From: Chlorokybus atmophyticus
Lineage: Eukaryota; Plantae; Mesostigma and Chlorokybus algae
DNA: 64,000 nt
Direction of reading: 5' to 3'
Assembly (NCBI GenBank): GCA_009103225.1
Contig: RHPI01001168.1
Span: forward strand, 604,424-668,423
Numbering within the stretch: position 1 is the first letter of the stretch; each line of letters begins with the position of its first letter. The translations under genes and the position numbers were made by a program. Shown here in pieces: positions 47,669-60,506 of the stretch. Under the pieces are notes generated by a model. It searched no databases. It worked only from the letters and a program-made list of their open reading frames with translations, and was not told the origin of the DNA.

Positions 47669-50600
47669 TCAGGCTGCTGTTGTTGAGTGTGAGTCTGGAA
47701 GACCTGCTCGTGTGTCTGTTGCAGCAGCAGCAGCAGCCTCATCAACAGCCGTGAGCTCTGCAGGCGGGCCTTGGTCATCCGTGCGGGGCGCGCGTGGTGT
47801 TGGAGGGATACCACCAGAGCCTTTGTAAAGCACAAGCACTCAGGTAAGAGGTTTGCATGCATCAAGGAATGGCGTGTGTAGTGCAAATACATTCTTGCAC
47901 CGTACCATGATATGCAGGTGTTCGCGCCTTCTTCCCAATGGCGTTGCGATCGGGGCGCTGGCCAGTGAGCCGCACAAGTTCTAACGTGTCAATAACAGAC
48001 TTGTGGCCGAAGGACTTGGCTTCGTCGTACGCAGTGTTGCCCCATCGGTCCTTCTTGTTCAGATCGGCCCCATACGCCAGCAGCAGCTGCAGCCACAAGA
48101 GCTGCATCTTAATTGTGTATGGATAGTCCGTGTTTGCATGGGTACATGAGCTAGTATGCGTGCATAGCGTGTGTGTGTTTGAGTATCAGCGAACGCACGC
48201 ATGCGCATGGGCAAGCACACATACACATACACACCTGTGCCAGTGGCTTCAGACCCTCCGCGCAGGCAATGTGAAGAGCAGTACGCAAATCATAGTCAGC
48301 GGAGTCGGGGTCTACACCATAGCGTAGCAGCCGTCGCAGGTAGTCAATGTTGCCGGCAAACGTGGCATTGCAGAGCTCGCTGGCGGGTTCCCTCATCTGC
48401 AGTTTCCCGCCCAACTGCGTGCCACCAATACAACTCAAGACATGCACACGCACGCATGTGCCTTGCAGAGTGGTAACTCTATCCTCTCACCTCCACGAGA
48501 AAGGCGCACACGTCCTCGTGGCTAGCCTTGACAGCCTCCATGAGCGGCGTGATCCCAAAGTGGTCCATAGCATTAATGTTGGCACCCTGCTGCGCAAGAT
48601 ACCGCACCGCATCGAGGTTGCCCTTCGCTGCCGCCAGGTGCAGGGGAGCCCTCCCGTCATAATCCGCTGCACTCGGATCAAACCTTTACACAGAGAGACA
48701 TGTTGGGTGACTACAACTATGTCGTGTCGCATGGAAGGATACAACATGTACTCGTTACTTACCCCGCGGAGGCGATCTTGCGCAGCTGAGCCACATCCCC
48801 ACGCGAAGCCGCAAAGCACAGGTCCATGACGGTGTCCTGGTCTTTACCAGCAGCAAACTGCTCCACCTGCGCGCACCAACTTGTTGTTGCGTTGTTGTAG
48901 TGAGCTGCTGCATGCGTGGTTGTTATTGTCGCGCAACTCCAATCAAGAATGGAGTCATTTTCTCTCACCTGTGATACAAGCTCGACATGCAGTGGATCTG
49001 TCCTCCTTTTCAGTACCAACGCCAGATTAAGAAGAACCGTCCTCTGGTCCTTGGTGGAGTTCTTCACTGCCTGCTCGCAAACAGTGTGCATCAAATAGCA
49101 AACACAGACACGCGTGCACACGTCCACACCCTGCTCGCAAAAGGTGCATCATCTATCAACAGCACACGCACGCACACACGCTGCATCGTCAGCACCTGCT
49201 GGTATGCTTCTCTGCTGATGACGAGTGCTCTGCAGATGGCGTCGCTGGCTGTGCGCACGGTGTAAGGCTGAAGCAGATCGCACATGAGGGCCGCCTCGCC
49301 AAAGCAGTCGCCCATGCCAAGTGTCGCGACAACAGTCTCCTTCCCTACAAGTTGGAACATATTTTCTCATCGTGACACGTTGTGACACCAACTGCCGCAT
49401 GACACAACTCACAAGTACCTGTGTCGTCGGTGATGACGAGCTCCACGGAGCCGGACAACACAATGAACATCTCGTTGCCCGCGTCGAGCTTCTCGGTCAA
49501 CACAACGTTGTTGGGCATGAAGAAGTCAGACGTCACGTTGCAGACGAGATGGTCTATGAAGGACTCCGTGCAACCCTGATCACAAGATTATACACTTCAG
49601 ACCCACATTATCAGCTCTCTACTCAGGCATGCTTTGCTGGATACCAAACCACTTCTTTAGCATCTATTAGCCTTTTGTCAGACGTGCTTGCCTGGATACG
49701 AGAATATGCTGTTCATTCAAACTGCATTGATGTCTGTGTTCTTACTTGTGTATATACATTTTTGGGGGGGTACCCGTTGTACCGAGTCTTCCATCAACAA
49801 TATACTAAGAGCAAATGACACTAGTAGTAGAACATGTTGTGTTATACTTTCACCTCCATGTGTCTCACCTGAAACAGGTAGCACCGTCTGAGCGTCCTCA
49901 TATACACTATCCTCGCCACTTTGGTCCTGAGCGACTGCGGGAAATGCCTCAACACATCCTGTCTCTCGTCTTTCGTCTCGAACTGCAGCATGAGGTACGC
50001 CTTCATCTGTTGCCGCAGCTCCGACGGCACGCGGTTCTTCTTTAAGAATCTGTTCAGGGACGCGGAACGGTCGCGGTAGTCGGCGGTCACGAGGTCGCGC
50101 TTGGTCACGAGAGCAGTCATGTTCCCTGTGTGGGAGTGGGGGAGATGGTGTTGTTGTTGTGTGGGGTGCAAGTGGTTTGGTCGGGCAAGGGGTATCCAGT
50201 ACTTGGGATGACAGGTGTGCGTGTGTGCCTGTGCACGTTGTTGTGTTGTGCGTACCGAGTATGTAGGATGACAGGCCTAGATTGAATAGCATGTAGATGC
50301 AGTCCATCCACATCTCGCCGGCGTTTACAGGATGGTAGTCGCCATACCCTACCGTCATCTGCATAACGATGAACAGCTCTGAACCCAACCCTCACGCACG
50401 CACGCACGCACACACACACACACACGTATATGCACACAAACCAATTCTGACTACACAACTCATTGTTACCAGTGTGACCACACTCCAGTAGAAGCTCTTA
50501 GTGTATCGCAGCGCGAGGTTCTCTGCAGTCTCAAAGTCTGGATCGTACGAACCGAGCCACGTGTTGGCCGGGTCCGTGTACAGCGTGGCGATGAAGTAGA

Positions 50601-52904
50601 TGCCGCACCCCGCCCAATGCGCCGCCATCACAACCATCTAAACATGGCAACGCTGTTGTTATTATCGTCGTTGTTGTTGTTATCATTGTTGTCTCACTTA
50701 CCAGGGTGAACTTCAGTACTCTCGTCGTGAAGTAATTATATCTCACGTCCTTCTCCACTCTATCAAAGTACAGCGCGATGCGGTGTATCCTCAGCAGTCT
50801 CAGCATCCCCGCGGCCGGCCACGCCGCGGAGTAGAACGTCCCCGACGCGAGACCGACCAGCTCCCAGGGGACCGTCGCCAACGCGTCGAGCCACAAGCGG
50901 CCTTTGATGTAGTGGCGACGGATGCGACGCACATCGGTTATCAAGGTGCCCTGGAGTGTTGTGTTGGATGTTGGGGTGAGTGGGTGGGTGAGTGTATGTG
51001 TGTGCGTGTGTGTGTGAGTGTGTGACGACGAGTTGGAGGTGAGTGGATGAGTAGCGTGGTGATGAAGTGTGGGAGTACTTGAGTGAGTACTTTTGAAGTG
51101 AGGTTGACAGATGCAGCAATGAGAACCTTGAAGAAGTAGGCGAGGTTGAAGTCAAGGATGATGTCCATGAGGAACATGAAGTTTATAATTGTGTCGATGA
51201 CGGCGAGGGTGATGCGCAGGGCACTGTTCATACCATCGTTGAACGCAAGCCTGTGTGATGCATATGGGACCTTCAAGTCCTAAACTAACTCAGAGTAGCA
51301 CAGTTCCCAAGAATTACATTCACTCACTTACTTGAAAGGCGCTTCGAAGCAGCAGTAGGTGACGAGCATGACAGTGAGGTTGAACCAGCGCAGGTAGTTG
51401 GGGTGCTCGGGATGCACAACCCACTTGGGCGTGTCCTCCAGAGCCATTCCGCCCTTGTAAGACGCACGCGAACTCGCCTTACTGACATTTCAATGAGGTT
51501 GAGTCACACGCACGCGCACACATCCACACACACGCACGCGCACGCGCACACGCCCACCTTGTCTTCCGCCACTGTTTGAGTCCCGACGCCACAATCTCAT
51601 TATCATATCCAACTCCACTAACGCTTGCAGTGCTTCCGCCATCCCCATTGACTCTATTCACCCCATCCGCACCCTCGCCTTTGGCCTCCGCAGCGGCCTG
51701 CAGCGCGACGGCAGCGAAGGACAGGCGCGTGGTTGGTTTACCGTGCAATGAGGGGCCGGCGTCGTCGGTTGCTGTGGTGGAACCGCTGCGAGTGCTGGCG
51801 TCTCTGTCAGCGAACTGAAGTGCGAGTGAAGAGGCAGTGCGGGTGGTGAGAGCGAGATAACATAGTTACATACACATCGTTGACACTGCATGCGTGCCAC
51901 GTGTGCTAGCATGCGCATCGTGCATACTTGTGCAATCTCAACTACTTTGAGTACACATACGCAGTGGCTGGACATCTAGGTGTGCGCGCACGCGTGCACG
52001 CATGCACGCGTGTGCGGGCCTGCGCAGCCACTCGCAGGGGTGCGCGCTCATTGTGTGTGCGTGCATGTGTGTGGTTTGAGAAAGTAGAGTCTGTGAGTGT
52101 GTGGCTGGGCGATGTGTGCGTTGTACGCGGGTGCTTGCATGCGTGTATGTATGCTTGTGATTGTGGGTTGTATGTGACCTGGTGGCCTCCGTGGGCGGTA
52201 AGCTCGCCAATGGAGCCATAGTCCCGCTGGTCGCTGGGCTTGCGCCACAACCGCATCATCATCCCGCTCTGAAACAGCACCAAGCATTAGCGCAGACATC
52301 CACACCAGATGGTCAGGTCACGTATCAGTGCTGAGCCAATACTCGGTTGACTGCATCGCTACTCAAAGTAACTGCATGCACACGCATGTGTTCAAATACC
52401 ATGCGCAAGGAAGCAGAGCAAGATACTTGCCCACCATCGAGCTTCTTCTGTCTTTCTCCTCCTCGCACGACGACCTCCTGCAGGCGGAGGAGGCGGAGGA
52501 GGAGGAGGAGGTAGAGGAGAGGAGAGCTTGCAGCAGTTCTGACTCCTGCACCAAGCCCTCAGTCCCACCCTTTCTCCCCGCCTCTGCCGCCTGGTTTTGA
52601 TGAAACAGCAGCGTCCTTCTTCTCCAGGTCCCGGCCAGCATACCTCATAGGCGGAGGCGGAGGATGAGCCCAATCCTGATGCCAATGGCACGGACACGGA
52701 GGTGAAGGACGTGACGGGCAGGGGCCGCATCGGACGGACTGGGGTCGGGGTTGAATCAAAGAGGATGCAGATCGGACGGTGAAGGGTATGTAGAGGATTC
52801 ACCGGGGTCGCAGGAATCTTGGCTCGTCGGGTCCGTTGCGCGTGCAAAGAGGCGCCGGCCACACAGTCTGCCTCGATGTAGGCATCGGGGCACATCATGC
52901 GCAT
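47669..52904 (-). CDS. Plant Shaker-type voltage-gated K+ channel (AKT1-like) with cNMP-binding domain and ankyrin repeats
   Basis: S4 MLRLLRIHRI, pore YWSVVTL|MTVGYGD, S6 YMLFNLGLSSYILGNMTAL, cNMP domain (GDCFGEAAL..QPYTVR), ankyrin repeats (DYDGRAPLHLAA, DHFGITPL, DYDLRTALHIA, DRWGNTA). N-terminal exons traced in phase to an ATG near 52904. Confidence 0.92.
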
Positions 52905-54023
52905 TATGCCCAAATCTGATGGGGCACATCATGTGCCCATCATAAGATACAACATATTGGTGTTTAAACACAGCAAGGGCCAGTCAATAGCTCAAGGCAA
53001 CTCGCTCAGTCAACTTCAACAACAAGTGTAACAATTTTTGATGATAACAATCATAGTTGGGGGTTCCACTAAGTCTAAGCAAAGTGCAATGTAATCAAAG
53101 ATTGAAAGGTGTGATGTGGAGGAGGGGCAAAGAGCACACAAACTTTGTCCAACAAAGGCAAGCTTCGTTTATCGGTTCCAAGCAGTGTATCATACATCCA
53201 ACATAAACATATGGACGCAACGAGCGATAGAGCACTAGCAATGTGATACTGCTTAATGCATGACTTGTTTCAATTTACACAAAGTATAACATGTCTTTGC
53301 ATGTAAATTAGAAGCTCTAAACATCAATATATAACAACTACCGTGTAACGCTAATCAACAAAATTAACGGTTTTTCCCGAAAACAACATGCGCAAGAAAA
53401 CCGCTTTGGATTGTATAATATAATATCATGATTTGATTACCAAGGTGTTTCATCATGAATTAAAATCGTGATCATTATGTCAAGCAAAGCAGTGTTTTGC
53501 TTGACATTCATTTTGTTGAAAAGTCACATACCACACCTTTCGCGTCACCAATCTGCACTCGTACCAAACCACATATGCGTCAATGCAAAGGTCACATCAA
53601 TTTCATATGCACAGCGAAAATGCTCTGCTGGGCGTGTCGTTGCTACATTCGCAAGGCGCGATTTTAACTGCTAACCTTAATTATTGCCTGATGTGAGGGA
53701 CTGACGCGCAGGGGATAAGACCGCGGGCAGCCGCTCAAACCCTCAGGGGCATCAATAGTCGCACAGTCGTCGTAGGTAGCGGCGGCGGTGGATGGCTAAC
53801 TTCGCCCTTCTTCTCCCCCGTGTTGAAGGACTAGCATGCACATGTAGCTGAGGCAAGCATGGATACACACGGACAGAGCTACCGCCACCAGAGCATACAC
53901 AAGTCACATCACATTCATCTATTACAAGTTGTCCGCTGGTTCTTATACCAGCCAGTTACACACACGTCTACATTTGCAAGCACTGCGTAAGCTATACTCA
54001 GCCCTTTGACGCGCTCTAAGTTG

Positions 54024-54244
54024 TGTTGTCTTTCTTACAACCAGAGCTTTCCAACAAGCTCTTACACGCCTAATATGAGTAAGTATACGCGGAGATACGA
54101 AGCAGTTAGTAAGGCTCCAGTCTGGAGTCCGGAGTCTGGTCCGACGATGCCATCTTGCTAAGTCCGGACCTAGTGCTCGTCCTTACGACCTTCTACTCCT
54201 GTGTGGAGGGTCGATGCTGATCGTATGTAGGAATACTCTCAACA
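54024..54244 (-). mobile_element. 3' LTR of Ty1/copia element (221 bp)
   Basis: On the minus strand it starts TGTTG right after the purine tract GTGGGAG that follows the pol stop, and ends CAACA. The flanking 5-mer is CAACT. Confidence 0.8.
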
Positions 54245-54286
54245 CTCCCACGAGAGCAGCTTGACCTCCAACGCTTGCTCCTGTAG

Positions 54287-56962
54287 TCAAACACAGATGC
54301 CAAGTCCTGCACAACAAGTCTTGAACTTGAGTGGTGACAATGGCTTTGTCATGAAGTCCGCTAGCATGCCCTCAGTGTTGCAGTACTGGAACTCCACCTC
54401 CTTCCTTGTGACTCTGTCACGCACAAAGTGATGCATGACATCAATGTGCTTCGTCCTTGCCGAGGCGATAGGGTGCTTCAACAACTTGATGGCTCCTTGG
54501 TTGTCACAGTTGATGACGATGCACGCCATGGGGTGCTCCAAGTCTGCCATGAGCTTGCGAAGCCAGAGTGCCTCCTTCACTGCTGCTGCCGCTGCCATGT
54601 ACTCAGCCTCTGATGTAGATGCTGCTGTTGTTGGCTGCAGCCTGCTGTTCCAGCTCACCACGCCTCCGTTCAGCTTGAAGACGTAGCCTGTAGTGGACCT
54701 CCTGCTGTTGAGGTCACCAGCAAAGTCCGAGTCGCAGTAGCCCTCCAACTCAGTGCTCCCGCTCCCAAACTTGATGCCAACTGTTGCGCTCCCAGCAACA
54801 TAGCGTAGTACTCCCTTTGCTGCTCTCCAGTGCTCCATGCTCGGTGCAGACATGTAGCGAGCAAGTACTCCCACAGCATGTGCAACATCGGGACGTGTGC
54901 ACACTGCCAGATAGAGCATGCTGCCTACCAGCTCACCATATGGATACTGAGCCTTGTCGAGTACCTCCTCATCCTTTGCCTTGATGAGGGCAGTGCCAAG
55001 TGCCAACGGTGTGGTCTTGGTCTTCGCTTCATTGAGCCCAAACTTGGTGACGAGTCTTCTCACCATCTGCTCCTGTCTGATCTTGATTGTGTGAGCAGCC
55101 CTGTCGCGCTCAATCACCATGCCAAGGAACCACTTGGCCTCTCCAAGATCACGAACTGAGAATGCTTGCTGTAGAGCAAGTTTCGTCTCCTGCAGGTGGT
55201 GCACCTGCCTGGCGGTGATGATGATATCATCAACATACACGAGCAGCCAGACCTTGTTGTCTGCATGGATGAAGAGCCCAGGGTCTGCAGAGGATGCGGT
55301 GAAGCCAAGTGCCTCCAGCTCCTTGGTGAGCTTGATGTGCCACATACGCGGTGCCTGTCGCAGCCCGTACAGTGCCTTGATCAGCTTGCACGCTGTGCCT
55401 CTCTCCCCTTCTTCATATCCAGGTGGTTGCTCGATGAAGATCTCCTCCTCCAGCTCTCCATAGAGGACGGCAGTCTTCACATCCAGGTGATGCAGCTCTA
55501 GGTCTTCAGCAGCAACCATAGTTAGCAGTGCACGGAAGGTGGTATGCTTACTTGCAGGTGCAAACACTTCGTTGAAGTCCACACCTTCCTGCTGCAAGAA
55601 GCCCTTTGCCACCAGTCTTGCCTTGTAGCGCTCAATGTTGCCCTGACCATCACGCTTCACCTTGAAGACCCATTTCACTGGAATGGTCTTCACTCCTTGC
55701 GGTAACTGCTCCAGTGACCAAGTGTTGTTGGCATGGAGTGACGCAATCTCCTCGTCCATAGCACGCTGCCATTGCTCCGCATCTGGTGCTAACAATGCCT
55801 CCTCGTAGGTGCTTGGCTCCTCATGCTGCACACTGGCGACGTGTGCCTTGTGTAGGAAGTCAGGTGCCTTTCTCTCCCTCACTGGGTATCTCCGAGCTGC
55901 GTGCTCCTGCTGCAGGTGCGACTGCTTGTCTGCTACAGTGGAGTCCTGCTCACCCTTATCGTCAATGATGGCCATGCCTGTAGCCTCCACTGTTTCAGGA
56001 TGCTCCGGTTGTGCTTCATCTTCAGGAAAGAAGCCTGCTTCTGGTTGTGATAATCCCTCGTGGAAAACCACCTCTCTGCTCACGATGATCTTCTGAGTGT
56101 CCTCGAGCAAGATCCTGTAAGCCTTGGAACCCGGTTCATAGCCAACGAAGATGCCCTTCTTGCTGACCGGCTCCAGCTTGTGCCTGAGCTGTTTAGGCAC
56201 TAGTGCATATGCCGTGCATCCAAACACACGCATACCACTCACATCTGGTGTGGCTCCATAGAAGTGCTCCCACGGAGTCTTCTGCTCTGAGCTCACCGGA
56301 GACCTGTTGCGGATGTAGTTGGCAGTGAGTACCGCCTCCTTCCACAAACTGTCTTCCATCTTTGTGTCGTTGAGCATAGCTCGAACACGCTCCAAGAGTG
56401 TCCTGTTGAGGCGTTCAGCTGCTCCATTCTGCTGCGGGGTGTAGGGTGCCGTTGTCTCGTGGCGTATGCCCTTGCTGGCGAAGAACTCCTTCAACTCCTT
56501 GTTGATGTACTCCCCTCCTCGATCACTCCTCATTGCCTTCATCTTGTTGCCAGACTGGGTCTCCAACAAGGCCACAACTGTGCGCACAGCTCCAGCAACT
56601 TCTGACTTCAGTGTCAACGGAAAGATGACGGATAGCTTGCTGCAGTCGTCGAGGAATGTAGCAAAGTACCTGACCCCTCCCTTCGCCACAATGCGCATAG
56701 GGCCACAGACATCCATGTGCACAAGCTCGCAAGGATGCTGACTGCTAGAAGAGGATGATGGGAATGGCATAGCATGCTGCTTTGCAACCAGGCATGGTTC
56801 ACAAAGTGCACCTGATGCATTCTTGAGTTCTTCTGTGCTGAGATGGATGCCCTTGACCATCTTCTCAGCGACAAGGCGAGTGAGGTTGACGTAGCTGAGA
56901 TGCCCGAACCTTCGATGCCACAATGTTGGCGACTCCTTGTCCTTCACCACCATGGCTTGCAC
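54287..56962 (-). mobile_element. Ty1/copia pol (integrase-RT-RNase H), 5'-truncated
   Basis: Uninterrupted 891-aa ORF: LWHRRFGH..CEPC zinc finger, HMDVCGP / DRGGEY / NGAAERLNRTL integrase, RYKARLVAKGF and YVDD RT, CDSDFAGD / EAEY / CDNQGA / ADFMTK RNase H, in copia domain order. No gag, protease or 5' LTR in the window. Confidence 0.96.
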
Positions 56963-56994
56963 CGGTAATTCTGAGCCCCCCCGATTCCTGAATT

Positions 56995-57540
56995 TTCAGA
57001 TTGTTTGGTCTGAATAGTCAACAAAAACAGGGGTGAATAGCCTAGAATACGGCGTCCCTGGCTCCTGCATGTCGAGATGAATATTCAGACCGTTTGGTCT
57101 GAAAGGTGTTAAAGCCTGTTCAATGTAATTGTCGGTGAATATCCCTGTGGCAATTAGATTGCACACTAGTCCTATATGTGGGGCATTTATTCACTTGCAG
57201 TGGAGCTGTACATTCAACCTGTATGGTGTAGTGCTGTGACCATCACATGTATTGCACCACTGAATATTCAAGCAGGAATCGTTTGAATACTTGTAGTTAG
57301 GCAAGACAGACTCTTGCAAAAGCGTTGAACATTCACAGGCAGGGTTCGTTTGAATACCTGTAGTATTCCATATGGCAGCTGCAGCAGACTTGAATATGCA
57401 CGCAGGGATTGTTTGAACACTTACAGTCACCCAAAACTTTCACTTGCAGTAGAGTTGGATATTCACCCTGTATGGTGTGGTGCTGCAATTGTACTACACC
57501 ACTGAATATGCACGCATGTATTGTTTGATTACTCATAGTA
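56995..57540. repeat. Subterminal repeats: two 20-bp palindromes and four ~37-bp direct repeats
   Basis: TTCAGA(TT/CC)GTTTGGTCTGAA at 56995 and 57084; TGAA(T/C)AT..GTTTGA.TAC.. at 57261, 57326, 57391 and 57503. Confidence 0.8.
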
Positions 57541-57835
57541 ATCTAGCCTGCACACTAAGTCCTACATGTGAGTAGTTATTCAATGGCAATGAAGTTGAAC
57601 AATGGTAAGCTGCTGTTTTACGACCGTCAATGTTACTATGAATGTTCAAGTGATTTCGAGTAGAACAAGACCCATATATGCAGTGCTACTGATAATATTC
57701 ACAGCAGTCCGTCCAGCCAGCCCAGCAATGTCAGCTGAATGGCAGCCGACTTACAACAACACATTCAATGCTGACTACAATGTATGTCTGCTACCCAGAG
57801 CTGCACTTGCAGGTGGAAATCTCCTGCGGCAATAT

Positions 57836-60506
57836 CTACTTCCTGCTGCTTCGCCCCCGACCACCCCGACCACCCCGACCACCCCGACTCCCCTTCCCAC
57901 GGCCTCTCCCCCGCGGTGTGGATGTGCCTTCCTTTGCTGGCAGCTCCCTCACCTTGATGGTCTTCATCAACCTAGTAGGCCAAAGTAGCAACAACCCCGC
58001 CTCGCACTCTTCACATGCATCAACCACACATGAATACGTCAGACGCAGTGTGTTGTCATAACGCACGCACAGTCAGCACGCAATCATCGTTCACCTCTCA
58101 AGTGGGTCACTTGCACTCCAACCCCATCACGCTTGAAGCTGATTGGCAAAGGCACAACCTCTTCTTCCCCTGCACCAGGACGTCTGGTCCTAGTGATGTG
58201 AAGACTGCGGCTGAACTGGACCACCATGTTACCCTCTCCAATCTTCTTGCCATAAAACTTGTTGACGGGCTTGATGTCGCTTACGTGCGCCTCCCCTACT
58301 GGCTCCTTGCGCCCATCGATGAACAACTTGACTTCATCACCAACCTTCATCGTCGGTGCAGTGTCATCCTTGTCGCTCAGGTCTTCCTGCGCATGCAAGT
58401 GACAAACACATCAACTGGCAGACACATACACAGATGCACTCTCCTATATAGCGCTTGCAAAAAAACCTGCCTTTTGGGAGTCGTTGTCACTGTCGTTGGG
58501 GCTGTTCGCATCGTCCTTGGCGCCATCTTCATCGTTGTCCTCGCTTTTGTCTGTCTCGGATACTTCTGAATACGATGGCTCATCCTGTGCAACCAGGTGG
58601 CACGCCGTGTTATCAAGCTTACAATTGATAGGCATGCATGCGAGTCTGCTGCAGTGACAGTTTTTCCGCAACCAGAAGGACCCAAGAAGCCTATAAGCGC
58701 ACATAGATGGTCCTTCATACCTCCTTTTGCTTGCCCCTCTTTTGATCCAACATCTTCTCCTGCTTGCCAGTCGAGGGGCCTGCCTCCTTAGACTTGTAGG
58801 GAGCCGGAATTGAGCGAACAGTCTTTGCTTTCTTTTGGGGGCTTAACACCTCAGTCTCCTGCCAACAGCATACACATCAGATTGTGAGCCACAACGTAAT
58901 GCTATGCCATTCGTTGTGAAGCAGAGTGGTGCGTACATCACCAGACACTTTGCGCTTCCCTTGCCCTCTGCCTTCCTTTTCTTTCATGAGCTCCATGACA
59001 TTCGCGGCGTCCTGTGTCTACATGTGGTGCGATTTCGGTTGCAAAAACTGATATGCTTGTTAGATACTTGCTCCAGTCGTTGTTGCATACCTTGAGAGCT
59101 GAGCTGGTATCACGCACATCAGCATCCTGTTTGGCAGGTGCCTGAACACAACAGTCATGAACGGTCATGATGACATGTACAGGAGAGTACAAGCATTTGG
59201 CTGCTCGTGTAATGATGACAGACATCTAACCTGTGAACCAGTAGCGGGTGACCTTGTGGGTTGTGGCGCAGTGCCTTCCTTGTTACCTATCGCACGCACA
59301 AGGCACCGATCAGAACAGTGTATACACAGTACCTCCCGCAGCGACCCGCGCGCGCAAAACATGGCTCACGCTGCGAGGTGACATTTCGGTCGTCGCTGGC
59401 GTTGCTGGCGGGAGGTGAACGCGTGGGCGCCGTGCATGCACAAGGGACTATCATACACACCTCACACCCTGCATACATAAGGCACTATTAAATGGAAAGC
59501 GTGTCGTTCTCAACATAGTCATTTACCAAACCGTAGCTCACCCTGCGAGGTGGCATTCTCTGCGTCGCTGGCAGAGTGGTGCAGCGAGGAGCTGTCTCTT
59601 GCCTTTGACTTGTCTTTGACCTGCAATTATGCACATGGCAAAGGCACTTAAGACATGCAAACATTGCACAGACAACTCAGTCACTGCATGGCACACACCT
59701 TGTTGTTCTTGTCCCTGGGCGCTCCCTTGCGCTTTCGCTCAAACCCCCCTGCTTCAGCGCGCTCTATCATCTCCTTGTAACGTTCCCTACTCTTCTGTCT
59801 CTGCCTTTCTTTGTGCTTGGCGTTGGTATATGCCTTTTTGTTGGTAAGAAAGTCCTGAATTATCGTTTTTGCCTGCACCAGGCCCAGAGTGGTGACTGCC
59901 ACCGAATGCAAAATCCTTCAAGCTTGAACTATGCTGCTCGACAGCTGGTGACACTCTGACAACCTTGCCAACCTTTTCAGGACGGAACTCTGGATGAAGC
60001 AGATGCCAGCATGTAACTGCAAGAGCAAACTTAAGTGGGTCCTGCTTCGTCTGGGTCTTCCCCGGTAGCAAACGACAGTACTCATAGCAAATCCGGCCCT
60101 TGTCCGCCAGCTTTGTGATATCGCGGCGATCACTGGTATGATGCTGACCACGCCAATGAAGGACCTTCAGTGCCTGCACAGTGCAAATATTGCATACTAG
60201 AGCGCTGTTACAACAATATCAACAGTGTGAGTTGCTTGTGCAAACCTCAGAAATCGAGACAGACTCCGGCAGCACATGCTCATATCGACAGTGGTTGCTT
60301 GCACATCATTGTAAGCTCACTTTCAAGGGCATCATTGCTGTGGTCTCAAGGTCGCGGAGGTGAGCCGTCTCCTCAGATTTTTCCCACTCACGCTGGAGCT
60401 GCTCATCTGATGGTGCACCAGCACTTTTGCCCCAGATCTCATCGTCCAAGTTTTCCCAGCCTCCACTCAGGTCGCTAGACCGCCCACCAGACGTCGTGCC
60501 TGACAT
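57836..60506 (-). CDS. Multi-exon TnpA-like (Tnp1/En/Spm-like domain) protein with RGG tail
   Basis: ATG at 60506, canonical splice sites, acidic linkers. C-terminal VGEAHVSDIKPVNKFYGKKIGEGNMVVQF..VTHLR|ECEAGLLLLWP resembles the CACTA Tnp1 domain pattern (VG.G....HG..LG....V.V..DA.G..I.WP). It ends RGRGRGKGSRGGRGGRGGRG. Middle exons only partly resolved. Confidence 0.6.

Noticed and set aside
52363-52641. Separate ORF with Ser/Glu runs
   Set aside because: It lies inside a phase-consistent intron of the K+ channel (donor near 52645, acceptor near 52272) and derives from a (GAG)n microsatellite.
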